Shown here: positions 46,722 through 55,478 of the stretch, piece after piece
How positions within the stretch are numbered: position 1 is the stretch's first letter
How the letters are laid out: each line of letters opens with the position of its first letter
Assembly (NCBI GenBank): GCA_033763895.1
Contig: JANRJQ010000007.1
Coordinates: 322,178-386,177 of the forward strand
Direction: 5' to 3'
Source of the DNA: Chloroherpetonaceae bacterium
Lineage (GTDB): Bacteria; Bacteroidota; Chlorobiia; Chlorobiales; Thermochlorobacteraceae
DNA length: 64,000 bases
Made by a program: the position numbers and the translations under genes
The notes under the pieces: generated by a model
What the model was told of the DNA's origin: nothing
Database searches by the model: none
Seen by the model: only the letters and a program-made list of their open reading frames with translations

Positions 46722-49700
46722 ATGACCGGCGCAACAGAAACGCTTCTTCAAAAAATATCATTATCTTCTTTTCTCTCCCGCTGCGAAGCCTTCTTTCCAA
46801 AAGAGTTTCGCATGCCAAAAGCGTCTGAAACCCTCACCTACACTGGCCTTTACGGCTCACTCTCGTCGCTTCTCTCCGCAAAGCTGTATCAAAATCATTC
46901 AGGTGCGGTTGTGCTAGTGGTTTCAGAAGAGCGATATGAACTCTATGAAAACGATTTGCCCGTGATATTCGGCACCGCCGCAAAAGAGCAAATTTTAGAT
47001 TATATCTCCGAGCCTTCCCGCGTGCTTTCGTCACTCATTTCCGGCAAGCACACGAAACCATTCATTCTCGCTACCGACCGCGACCTCTTCCGCCCCACCG
47101 TTTCTCGCAAAAGCGCCGAGCGCAGCAAATTACTCTTGGAACATGGCAAAAAAGTCGGATACGAATCCGTTATTCAATTCCTCACTGAGAATCACTTTAC
47201 CCGAAAAGATTTCGTCGAAGCCGAAGGCGATTTCGCCGTGCGCGGTTCCATCATCGATGTCTATTCCTACGGCGCCGCCGAGCCCTTCCGTGCCGAGTTT
47301 TTCGGGGATGACATCGATACCCTTCGTTATTTCGATATCCAATCGCAACTTTCAACCGCCGCCACCGATGCGGCCTTAATCGTCTCGAATCTCTTGGGCG
47401 ATGGCATCACCGAATCTACACTCTTAGACTTTTTACCGGAATCCACACTCTTCATTTTGGATCAAGTTCAAAGCCTTCATTTTGAAACTGATGAGATGGA
47501 AAACATTCCCTTCACCGACTTTGAATCAAAAACACAATCTTCTCCCAAGGTTTATTTTTCAATGCTCGGCGAATCGGATATCGCCTTTCCGGCAAAATCT
47601 CAAATCAAGTTTAATTCTAATTTCAAATTCTTTTCGGAGTCGCTTTCAAAAGCAGCCGAAGCCAATCAATCGTTGGTGATAGCCACAAAGTCGCAAAAGG
47701 AGATTGGAGAGCTTGTGGAGTTTATGCAAGCCACTCCTTCACATCACGACGAGGGCGAAAGCACCGATACTGCAAAGCTGCCCATTGATGAATTGACCAT
47801 CGTTCCCGAAACACTCTACGAAGGCTTTACGCTTGGCTCAATCTCTCTTTACACCGAGTTCGACATCTTCGGCAAGTTGCACGCACATAAGCTTCGGCGT
47901 AAGCGCAAGATTCGCCCGATTTCCCTCCGTGAACTCCGAGCCTTGAAGGTCGGCGATTTCATCGTTCACGAAGATTACGGCATCGGTGTTTTTATGGGGC
48001 TTGAAAAAGTGAAAGTGGCGGGCTCGCAACAAGAGTGTGTGCTCGTGCATTACGAAAAGGGCGATAAGCTTTATGTGAACATCCAAAACCTTCACTTGCT
48101 TTCGAAGTATTCTTCGGGTGAAGGTCGCACGCCCTCGCTTTCGAAACTCGGCAGCGATAAATGGCAACAAAGCAAGGAGAAAATCAAAAAGCGGTTGAAA
48201 GATATCGCCCGAAACCTCATCGAACTTTATGCGAAGCGCAAAGCCTCGGTGGGATTTGCACACGTTTCCGATACCGTGTGGATGCGCGAATTCGAAGCCT
48301 CCTTCATTTTTGATGAAACGCCCGATCAGCAAACTGCGATCGACGCCATCAAAAAAGACATGCTCTCCACAGCCCCGATGGATCGGCTCATCTGCGGCGA
48401 TGCCGGTTTTGGAAAAACAGAGGTTGCAATGCGTGCTGCGTTCAAAGCTGTGGAATCGGGCAAACAAGTGGCGTTGCTTGTTCCCACCACCATTTTGGCG
48501 CATCAACACTTCCGCACCTTTAAGCAGCGATTCCAAAACTTCCCCACGCAGATTGAAGTGCTTTCGCGCTTTGTTCAGGCAAAAGAAGCAAAGCGCATCA
48601 CCAAAGCCACACAAGAAGGAAAGGTTGATATTCTAATTGGCACACACCGTTTGATTTCGAAAGATGTGGTGTTTAAGGATTTAGGATTGCTTATTGTTGA
48701 TGAAGAGCAGCACTTTGGTGTCGCGGCGAAAGAGAAACTTCGAGAAGCCTTTCCGAATGTCGATTCGCTTACCCTTTCCGCCACACCGATTCCGCGAACG
48801 CTTCAATTTTCAATGATGGGCGCACGCGATCTCTCCATCATTTCCACTCCGCCGAAAAATCGGCAACCCATTGAAACCATCATCCACGAATTTGATGAAG
48901 ATTTCATCAAGAAAGCCATTAGCCGCGAGCTTGGGCGAAACGGGCAAGTCTTCTTCCTTCACAATCGAATTGGAACCATTGAAGATATGTACTTGCTCAT
49001 CAAACGCCTCTTCCCCACGGCGCGCGTGGCGTATGCCCACGGGCAAATGCCGACCAAACAGCTTGAGGAAATCATTATGGATTTTCTTGATAAAGAAATT
49101 GATGTGTTGGTGTGTACCACCATTATTGAATCAGGCGTGGATATTTCGAATGTGAATACGATTGTGATTAACCGCGCCGATATGTTCGGCCTTTCCGACT
49201 TGTATCAGCTTCGCGGACGCGTAGGGCGCAGCGAGCGCAAAGCATATTGCTACCTCATAACGCCTCCGGTTTCAACCCTCACCCAAGAGGCACTGCAACG
49301 CTTGGCCGTGATTGAAGAATTCACTGAACTTGGCTCGGGCTTTAATGTTGCACTGCGCGATTTGGATATTCGTGGCGCGGGAAATTTATTGGGGGCCGAG
49401 CAATCGGGATTTGTTTTTGATGTTGGGTTTGATGTCTATCAAAAATTGCTTGAAGAGGCTGTAACGGAATTGAAATCCACCGAGTTCAAATCCATTTTCA
49501 AAGACGCGGAGATTCGAAAGGAGAAAGTTGAGAAGCCGGCCGATATTACTTTCTTCTTTGATGCGCTCATTCCGGGTTATTATGTGGAGTCAGCGGCGGA
49601 GCGGTTTGCACTCTATGAGCGGGTTTCGAAAGCCGAGAGTATGAAGGATGTTGAGGCATTTGAAAAGGAATTGGCCGATCGATTTGGAAAAATCCCTGAA

Positions 49701-50024
49701 GAATGTCATCATCTGATTGCCGTAACAAGGCTTCGTTTTTTCACCTTACCGCTGAAAGTGGTGAAGATTGATATCACGCCCGACCGTGTGGTACTCACCT
49801 TCCCCGATGGTTCAGTGGATAAAGCCTATTACGAAAGCAAAACTTTTGAAAATGTGCTTAGCGCAATTCAAAGTGGGGCACTAAAAAAGTTTTCCCCACA
49901 GTTTAAGCATGAAAAGAAGTTCCGCCTTGAATTCAATTTTCCTCATCCCGTCAAAGAAAATCCCAAAAAGGCTTTAGATTTTGTGCGTGAGATTGCGGGG
50001 GTGTTGATGAATAATAATAATTAA
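46722..50024 (+). CDS. mfd: Transcription-repair coupling factor Mfd
   Basis: 1100 aa. CarD/RID block GDFIVHEDYGIGVF, helicase motifs GDAGFGKTEVA and VDEEQHFG, and translocase block RGRVGRS. Confidence 0.95.
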   Translation: MTGATETLLQKISLSSFLSRCEAFFPKEFRMPKASETLTYTGLYGSLSSLLSAKLYQNHSGAVVLVVSEERYELYENDLPVIFGTAAKEQILDYISEPSRVLSSLISGKHTKPFILATDRDLFRPTVSRKSAERSKLLLEHGKKVGYESVIQFLTENHFTRKDFVEAEGDFAVRGSIIDVYSYGAAEPFRAEFFGDDIDTLRYFDIQSQLSTAATDAALIVSNLLGDGITESTLLDFLPESTLFILDQVQSLHFETDEMENIPFTDFESKTQSSPKVYFSMLGESDIAFPAKSQIKFNSNFKFFSESLSKAAEANQSLVIATKSQKEIGELVEFMQATPSHHDEGESTDTAKLPIDELTIVPETLYEGFTLGSISLYTEFDIFGKLHAHKLRRKRKIRPISLRELRALKVGDFIVHEDYGIGVFMGLEKVKVAGSQQECVLVHYEKGDKLYVNIQNLHLLSKYSSGEGRTPSLSKLGSDKWQQSKEKIKKRLKDIARNLIELYAKRKASVGFAHVSDTVWMREFEASFIFDETPDQQTAIDAIKKDMLSTAPMDRLICGDAGFGKTEVAMRAAFKAVESGKQVALLVPTTILAHQHFRTFKQRFQNFPTQIEVLSRFVQAKEAKRITKATQEGKVDILIGTHRLISKDVVFKDLGLLIVDEEQHFGVAAKEKLREAFPNVDSLTLSATPIPRTLQFSMMGARDLSIISTPPKNRQPIETIIHEFDEDFIKKAISRELGRNGQVFFLHNRIGTIEDMYLLIKRLFPTARVAYAHGQMPTKQLEEIIMDFLDKEIDVLVCTTIIESGVDISNVNTIVINRADMFGLSDLYQLRGRVGRSERKAYCYLITPPVSTLTQEALQRLAVIEEFTELGSGFNVALRDLDIRGAGNLLGAEQSGFVFDVGFDVYQKLLEEAVTELKSTEFKSIFKDAEIRKEKVEKPADITFFFDALIPGYYVESAAERFALYERVSKAESMKDVEAFEKELADRFGKIPEECHHLIAVTRLRFFTLPLKVVKIDITPDRVVLTFPDGSVDKAYYESKTFENVLSAIQSGALKKFSPQFKHEKKFRLEFNFPHPVKENPKKALDFVREIAGVLMNNNN

Positions 50025-50070
50025 TATAAATTAAGAACTACCATTTTAAAACTAACTCACTGTTAACTTT

Positions 50071-51495
50071 ATGTTTCTCCGATCTCCTCATTTTCGGTTT
50101 TTGATCCTCGTAATTACATTTAATTTTCTTGTTTTCAGTGGCTGCACCAACTCAAAGATAAGCACATCTAGTTTATTTACTGAAAACCATCCTTTCATTT
50201 TCATAAAGGAATATCAAAAGTATATCCCCATTTCCGTGAATAAAGGAGATACAACAATTTACCCTGATTTGGTTTTTCATAAATTGGAAAAAGGAAGTCA
50301 TCAATACCTCAATTATTTCAATATATCATCAGAAGTTAATCAAGAAATTATAAATTTCGACACCTCACTATCTTCCTCGATATCATACTTTAATCACAAT
50401 AAAGAGATATTCTTTTCGAATGGTAGTATTTTTTATTTATTTGAAAATTTTTCTAAAAATTTATTTATTTTTCTTGCAACCCCAATTTTTATGAGTTTAG
50501 GAGTAGCATTTGGACTACTCTTTAGCCCTTTTATTATCCAAAAGGCTATTTTTGACCCCCCTGAGGTAATCTATTTTGATGTAAGAGATGAAGTTACAAA
50601 TCAATCTCTTAATTCTACACTTATTTATTGTGTACCAAATCACTTTATTTCACAAGTATTTGAAGACAGCTTGGGTTTAAGGAAACGACTGAAAGAACCA
50701 AAACTTGAGTATATAAAAATTGATTCAAATACAATCAAATTGATTCAAACGAGTTTACCGAATACTCCAACAGCTTTAACAGCCTTAGGAAATGCACTTA
50801 TACCCTTTGCCCAAACTAAGTTTATTCATGATTTTGACTATCGATATTACTCTGAAAGATTAAAGCTTTCTAATCAATCAGACACGGATGTAGAGTCGAT
50901 TAATTCAATAAAAAAACGATTCAAAAGTCGTGATACTTCTTTTACCTCGATTTATCCATTTGGTATTACTAAAAAAGATTTCTTAAATCTATTAAATATA
51001 AATCTTACTTTGGAAGAAAGTAGGAAGGTCAATTTCGACAGCATAGGTTTTTACTTCATATTTCACCGAGAGGGATACATTCCTCAATACCTTTACATCG
51101 ATTATCAAAAATTTAAAGAGACTTTGTTTAAAATTAAATTAAAAAGAAGAGAAGTTTCTGTCTCTGACAATAATTTAAATTTCTTTAATGAATTTTTGAG
51201 AATTAACTACTTTTTGCATGAAGTATGGAACATTAAAAAAAAATTTCCCAAGAAATTTAAGTTAATCCCTTTAGATACCTATTTAACATATTCAAAATTA
51301 AGTGAAATTGATGCTTCAATTGAAATTATTGAGAAATTAATACCTCAGGAACCAGTAGTAGAAATTTATAAGTTTATAAAATATCAATTTTTAGGAGAAA
51401 CAACATCCGATAAATCAAGTTCTAGGTATTTAACAGACAAAGATTTTTTTCTATTTAAATATGATTATATCTTGTTCAATGAGGAACTTTATTAA
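50071..51495 (+). CDS. Hypothetical lipoprotein (AT-rich orphan)
   Basis: 474 aa. Lipobox LVFSGC, very Asn/Lys/Phe/Ile-rich, with one internal hydrophobic segment. Confidence 0.45.
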   Translation: MFLRSPHFRFLILVITFNFLVFSGCTNSKISTSSLFTENHPFIFIKEYQKYIPISVNKGDTTIYPDLVFHKLEKGSHQYLNYFNISSEVNQEIINFDTSLSSSISYFNHNKEIFFSNGSIFYLFENFSKNLFIFLATPIFMSLGVAFGLLFSPFIIQKAIFDPPEVIYFDVRDEVTNQSLNSTLIYCVPNHFISQVFEDSLGLRKRLKEPKLEYIKIDSNTIKLIQTSLPNTPTALTALGNALIPFAQTKFIHDFDYRYYSERLKLSNQSDTDVESINSIKKRFKSRDTSFTSIYPFGITKKDFLNLLNINLTLEESRKVNFDSIGFYFIFHREGYIPQYLYIDYQKFKETLFKIKLKRREVSVSDNNLNFFNEFLRINYFLHEVWNIKKKFPKKFKLIPLDTYLTYSKLSEIDASIEIIEKLIPQEPVVEIYKFIKYQFLGETTSDKSSSRYLTDKDFFLFKYDYILFNEELY

Positions 51496-51515
51496 ATTTC
51501 TAATTCAAATTTAGT

Positions 51516-52052
51516 ATGTCACACAATTACTATCTACCATCAGATTTAAGCTCGTTAATTTCAGATGAAAAAATTGATTTCTTCGTTTACCCAAATAGAC
51601 AAAAGCCGACTTATGAATATCTGAAAGTTATAACTTTTTTTATTATTTGGCTGATTATATGCGGGATGATTACTTTTGTTATACTATCACCTCTTATTAA
51701 TGGCGAAAGTGTAACTATTTACTTTAATGATAGAGCTTATACAGGAGACTCAAACAATTTGATTCCCGTTATAGTCTCCCTTATTATTCCTATTACATTT
51801 TTTATTGGAGGAGCAGGTGTACTTATATACAATATCAATCAAATGATGCAAAAAGGGGGAATATTTGTTGGTACGATTACTCGATTAATTCATTCTCACA
51901 AAGGAAAGATTAAGGTTTATTCTTGGAGAGAATTCCTCGGGGTTTTGGAAATTGATGCTGAAGAAGGAGATGTATCGTTGAAATTAAGGACTGGAACGGT
52001 TCAAAAACAAAACGGAAGTAAGGTCTTTTTACACGATATTGTTCATATTTAG
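51516..52052 (+). CDS. Hypothetical membrane protein
   Basis: 178 aa with two TM helices. The frame continues plausibly for 20 more codons past its TAG stop (see findings). Confidence 0.45.
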   Translation: MSHNYYLPSDLSSLISDEKIDFFVYPNRQKPTYEYLKVITFFIIWLIICGMITFVILSPLINGESVTIYFNDRAYTGDSNNLIPVIVSLIIPITFFIGGAGVLIYNINQMMQKGGIFVGTITRLIHSHKGKIKVYSWREFLGVLEIDAEEGDVSLKLRTGTVQKQNGSKVFLHDIVHI

Positions 52053-52304
52053 GGAATTGAAGATTCCTTATCAATTGCTACAATGTGTAAGACAAGAATT
52101 GATGAACAGTACTGATAACGAGAGATTATACCTAAAATTTTTCTGAAAAGTCTTTTCTTCAAGTTAAGAGCAGTAAATAGTATATCACCGTTAAAGTCTA
52201 TTTGAAAAATGAATATGGTGAATTACTACTTTGTAAGACTATACATAAAAAGCAGTCTTTATAGAATACTACACTCAAAAACAGAGCAGAAAAAGATGAA
52301 CTCG

Positions 52305-52705
52305 GCCAGCTCGATGCGGAATCCCGCACGCCTATCATTCACACGGTGACCACGGCATGCGCCGCCTCACTTCGTCTCTCGAAGTATCGAAACAACCTGC
52401 TACAAGACACGGTCATTTCGAGGCTTGTAATATGCTCGTCAAGCTCGCACCGAGAAATCTCAGACCTTCTGCACTTCAAATATTGAGGTGGCTCTGCTTG
52501 TCGAAACCACCGTCTCGCGGGGAACAGCTTTTGAAAGGAAACCACAAAGAACACAAAGAAGAAACACAAAAGGACACAGAGAGAAAACGAGGTCATTCCG
52601 GCAAGTCGCTTCTGCGACGCGTCCGGAATCCTGCATGCCCATCATTACCACGGTGGTTGAACCTGCGACACACGGAGCCTGTCGAAGTGCCGAAACCACG
52701 AACCA
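52305..52705. repeat. Family-B composite hairpin repeat cluster
   Basis: Contains GGAATCCCGCACGCC, GAGGTGGCTCTGCTTGTCGAAACCACC, a CACAAAG-rich tract, and a ~108-bp unit at 52592-52699 that is homologous to 53409-53509. Confidence 0.85.
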
Positions 52706-52749
52706 CATCACACAGTCATTTCAACAAACTCTATGACCAAACTTTTCTT

Positions 52750-53055
52750 TTACTCCTCAAATGGATTCTTTTCAGGACTTTGACGATTGGAAAAAAAGGA
52801 GAGGATTTCAATTCGATCGTCACTCACCTGATAATACATTGTGTTGTACTTCAGTATAACAAAACGGTGAATGGGTTTGACTTTACTTTTTGGGAAAACA
52901 AGTGGGTTTCGTGAAATTAAATCAATAACACGGTCAACTTTTTGGGCGAGTCGTTGAATCTCTTTCTCAGTAAAATTCTCTTGCAGATACTTAATCGTTT
53001 TTGAAAGCTCTTCTACGGCATTATCCGTCCAAACCACGTTATAACCACTTTTCAT
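52750..53055 (-). CDS. Type II toxin, RelE/ParE family
   Basis: 101 aa. VVWTDNAVEELSKTIKYLQENF...RFVILKYNTMYYQVSDDRIEILSFFSNRQSP is typical of ParE/RelE. It overlaps the upstream antitoxin gene by 17 nt. Confidence 0.8.
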   Translation of the reverse strand: MKSGYNVVWTDNAVEELSKTIKYLQENFTEKEIQRLAQKVDRVIDLISRNPLVFPKSKVKPIHRFVILKYNTMYYQVSDDRIEILSFFSNRQSPEKNPFEE

Positions 53056-53272
53056 ACAGTGCTTTCACTGCAAGATGTGAGGTCACTTTGCCGAGTTTTG
53101 CATCGTCAATTCCCTTTTCAATTGATGCCTTTTCATCACGAGTCAAATCATCCCACCATTCTTGATTTTCTTCCTCCTTGATTTTAAGAAGTTTCTCAAT
53201 GACTTTCGTGTCTTCCAACCCTGAAAGCCATTGAATCAATTCAATCTTCTTATCGGAAACTTGACCTTGCAT
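53039..53272 (-). CDS. Putative antitoxin
   Basis: 77 aa, acidic and helical. Overlaps the toxin start, as in a classic toxin-antitoxin operon. Confidence 0.6.
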   Translation of the reverse strand: MQGQVSDKKIELIQWLSGLEDTKVIEKLLKIKEEENQEWWDDLTRDEKASIEKGIDDAKLGKVTSHLAVKALYEKWL

Positions 53273-53344
53273 ATCTATTTTTTAATTCAATTGTTCCGTC
53301 TTTCTTTCTCCCTCAAAATATATCGTTTCTCACGAAGACCCAAA

Positions 53345-53780
53345 AACCTTGATAAATCCGTGGTTGAACCTCTTCGGCGGTTGAGCCTCTTAAAACAAAT
53401 CACTGCATGTCATTCCAAGAAGCAAAGCGCGTCCGGAATCCTGCACGCCCATCATTAGCACGGTGGTTGAGCCTGCGCCGCACTGAGCCTGTCGAAGTGT
53501 CGAAACCACCTGATCCACGGTCATTTCGTCAGGCTCAATGACCTCTTTCTTTGTCATTTCGAGCGCAGCGAGAAATCCCATCGCTTTCCCCAAGCCAGAG
53601 ATTTCTCCCTCCGCTTCGCTCCGTTCGAAATGACAACCGTTTTTGCAAATCATTCCGCCTTGTCCGTTATCTGAAAAGCAAAACTCACTCATGAATGAAA
53701 AAGGAATGTCATACCAGCTTGTCCGGTCTCAGACATTCAAAAAACTTCTGGGGTGGTTGAGCCTGTCGAAACCACAGAGC
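53345..53780. repeat. Family-B composite hairpin repeat cluster with GTCATTTCGA variants
   Basis: A unit at 53409-53509, inverted GTCATTTCGAGCGCAGCGAGAAATCC / GGAGGGAGAAATCTCTGG-type hairpins at about 53550-53640, and GGTGGTTGAGCCTGTCGAAACCAC at 53752-53775. Confidence 0.85.
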
Positions 53781-53963
53781 CTCAAGAGACTAACCTCTTC
53801 TCATAGAATACAAATTACTCAGACCTATCAGATGAACGCCATAGACCGAGTGAAACTGTCTCAACAGCATCAACAGCGTAAACATGAGAGATAAACACAA
53901 CTATACTTTTCCCTTAAAAAATCGCTTTAGATTATCACTCCTCTTTTCTATCTTTTGATAATC

Positions 53964-53992
53964 TTGTTCACTATCGACTCTCTAACTTAAAT
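53964..53992 (+). promoter_or_regulatory. Promoter-like TTGTTC-N17-TTAAAT inside conserved block C, pointing into array 2
   Basis: TTGTTC at 53964-53969, a 17-nt spacer, then TTAAAT at 53987-53992. Same hexamers and spacing as 12993-13021. Confidence 0.3.
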
Positions 53993-54035
53993 GACCTCTG
54001 CATTTGCATCTTTAATAATGGAATTTTTAATTCAA

Positions 54036-54166
54036 AAAGACCAATGCGAGATAAGAAGCGGTTTTACGCCTGTTTGAATTTAATTTCACTTTAACTTAAA
54101 TAATAGGGTGGTTATGCGAATGTTTCTTGAATATTTTGAGGGCGTTCGTATATCCTATTGTTCAGC
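54036..54166 (+). promoter_or_regulatory. attI-like leader, copy 2
   Basis: CCAATGCGAG..GCGGTTTTACGCCTGTTTGAATTTAATTTCA..GGTGGTTATGCGAATGTTT..TTCGTATATCCTATT-GTTCAGC. Collinear with 13515-13647 by manual alignment, with the inner repeats more degenerate. Confidence 0.55.
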
Positions 54167-54179
54167 TAAACTCCGCTTC

Positions 54180-54256
54180 GCCGAACATCGGTTTTGCGTG
54201 AGTCTTCGGGCTGCTTCGCGCCCACTGGCCCCCGCAAAGCCGCTCCCCATTAGCGG
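54180..54256 (+). repeat. attC-like imperfect palindrome 3 (short, no associated ORF)
   Basis: GCCGAAC-ATCGGTTTTGCG pairs with CGCAAAGCCGCT-cccca-TTAGCGG. It lies immediately after the leader. Confidence 0.5.
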
Positions 54257-54302
54257 TCAGTGTAACCAGATATCAGTTCAAAAACAAGACATGATAGACT
54301 AA

Positions 54303-55478
54303 ATGATTAAAATAACAAGTAACATATCGTTACCAAAAATTCAGAACTTATATACTCAACTTGCTTCATCCAATGATTCTGTGATTGATGTGCATTTGCC
54401 TAAAAAGATAGAAAAACTGGATTTCGGACTGTTATTCTCTTACCTACAGTTTTTATCCACTTGGGTAAGAAATAATCGTTCAGGTAAATTGTATCTACCA
54501 ATTAACAACACGGAAGAAGCAATTGAATATTTGGATGCCAATGAGTTTGTTTATCCATCCATTGTATTGGCTTGGGAGAAAGAAATTGTAAATGCGAATG
54601 GGGAAAACATAAAAGGTGAATTGAAGAATCCGAGTAAGGAATATTTCAATCGTATGGATTTCTTCGACTTAAAAGGAACTTCCGTTCCTATTTATTGCTT
54701 CGACCACGACAAATCCAACAGAGGCCTTTCACGCCACTTTTACAAGAATTTTAGAGAGTTAGTAAATGAAACCACTCTAGGTTTTAATCTTTTCAATGCC
54801 TTTAAAAAAGTTGGAGACTTCAACAAAGGTGTGTTTAGAACAGGTGTAAAAGGTCATTATGATGACTTTATAGCAATAATCCACGAACTTTTTACGAATA
54901 CACACGAACACGCAAAGACGAATGAACTTGGCTATAATCTATATCCAAATATTCGTGCATTACAATTGAAATTCCACAAGAAGCCGATTAACAAATTTGT
55001 TGAACAGTTTCAAGATTATGTAGGTCTTGTTCAATATTTCAATTCAGGATTTAATATAAATCCCCAAGGTGAATTATATCTGTTAGAAATTTCGATTTTG
55101 GATAGTGGTCCTGGCTTTGTGAAACGATATAAAAAGATAAGCGACTACAATTTGAACATATCCGAAGAGGTTGAAATTATCAAGCAATGTTTATACAGAC
55201 ACAACACTTCTGCTGATGGACTCAGAGGTGAAATTAAAGGTATTGGGCTTGACAGAGTTCTACAAACACTTGATGGAAAAGGATTTGTAAGAATAAAAAC
55301 TGGACGGGCAGATATTTTTCGGGACATGAGAAACAATCGCTATCATCATCATGACAATGCAAGCGAAATTCAGTTGAATGATTTCCAGAATAACAGCACC
55401 AACAATTTTACTGTATATCCAGTAGCAGAAGGCACTTTACTTTCTATTTTTTATCCCTTAGAATTTAATCAGCTATGA
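54303..55478 (+). CDS. GHKL/HATPase_c-like ATP-binding protein with an uncharacterised N-terminal domain
   Basis: 391 aa. N-box IIHELFTNTHEHA, G1 box LEISILDSGPGF and G2 box IKGIGLDRV. No HisKA H-box. Its stop overlaps the next start in an ATGA overlap (55475-55478). Confidence 0.7.
   Translation: MIKITSNISLPKIQNLYTQLASSNDSVIDVHLPKKIEKLDFGLLFSYLQFLSTWVRNNRSGKLYLPINNTEEAIEYLDANEFVYPSIVLAWEKEIVNANGENIKGELKNPSKEYFNRMDFFDLKGTSVPIYCFDHDKSNRGLSRHFYKNFRELVNETTLGFNLFNAFKKVGDFNKGVFRTGVKGHYDDFIAIIHELFTNTHEHAKTNELGYNLYPNIRALQLKFHKKPINKFVEQFQDYVGLVQYFNSGFNINPQGELYLLEISILDSGPGFVKRYKKISDYNLNISEEVEIIKQCLYRHNTSADGLRGEIKGIGLDRVLQTLDGKGFVRIKTGRADIFRDMRNNRYHHHDNASEIQLNDFQNNSTNNFTVYPVAEGTLLSIFYPLEFNQL

Noticed and set aside
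46834-49155. Many ORFs of 60-258 aa inside or antisense to mfd (e.g. 47838..48614 -). Similar nested ORFs occur inside recN, the PBP1A gene, glgE, rng and the histidine kinase genes.
   Set aside because: They are fully nested in long, motif-supported genes, and their translations are Arg/Gly/Leu-rich antisense noise.
52357-52914. ORFs translated across family-B repeats (52357..52914, 52339..52596, 52460..52711, 52488..52736). The same applies to 12693..12878, 12779..13006, 42527..42757, 53390..53692 and 53643..53894.
   Set aside because: They overlap each other in several frames and strands and consist of repeat-derived peptides such as SFPQAKRVGNP. 52357..52914 also runs antisense into the RelE/ParE gene.
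54108-54302. ORF 54108..54302 (+, 64 aa)
   Set aside because: It spans the leader, the 22-bp repeat and palindrome 3, all of which are conserved as DNA repeats elsewhere. There is no coding signal.
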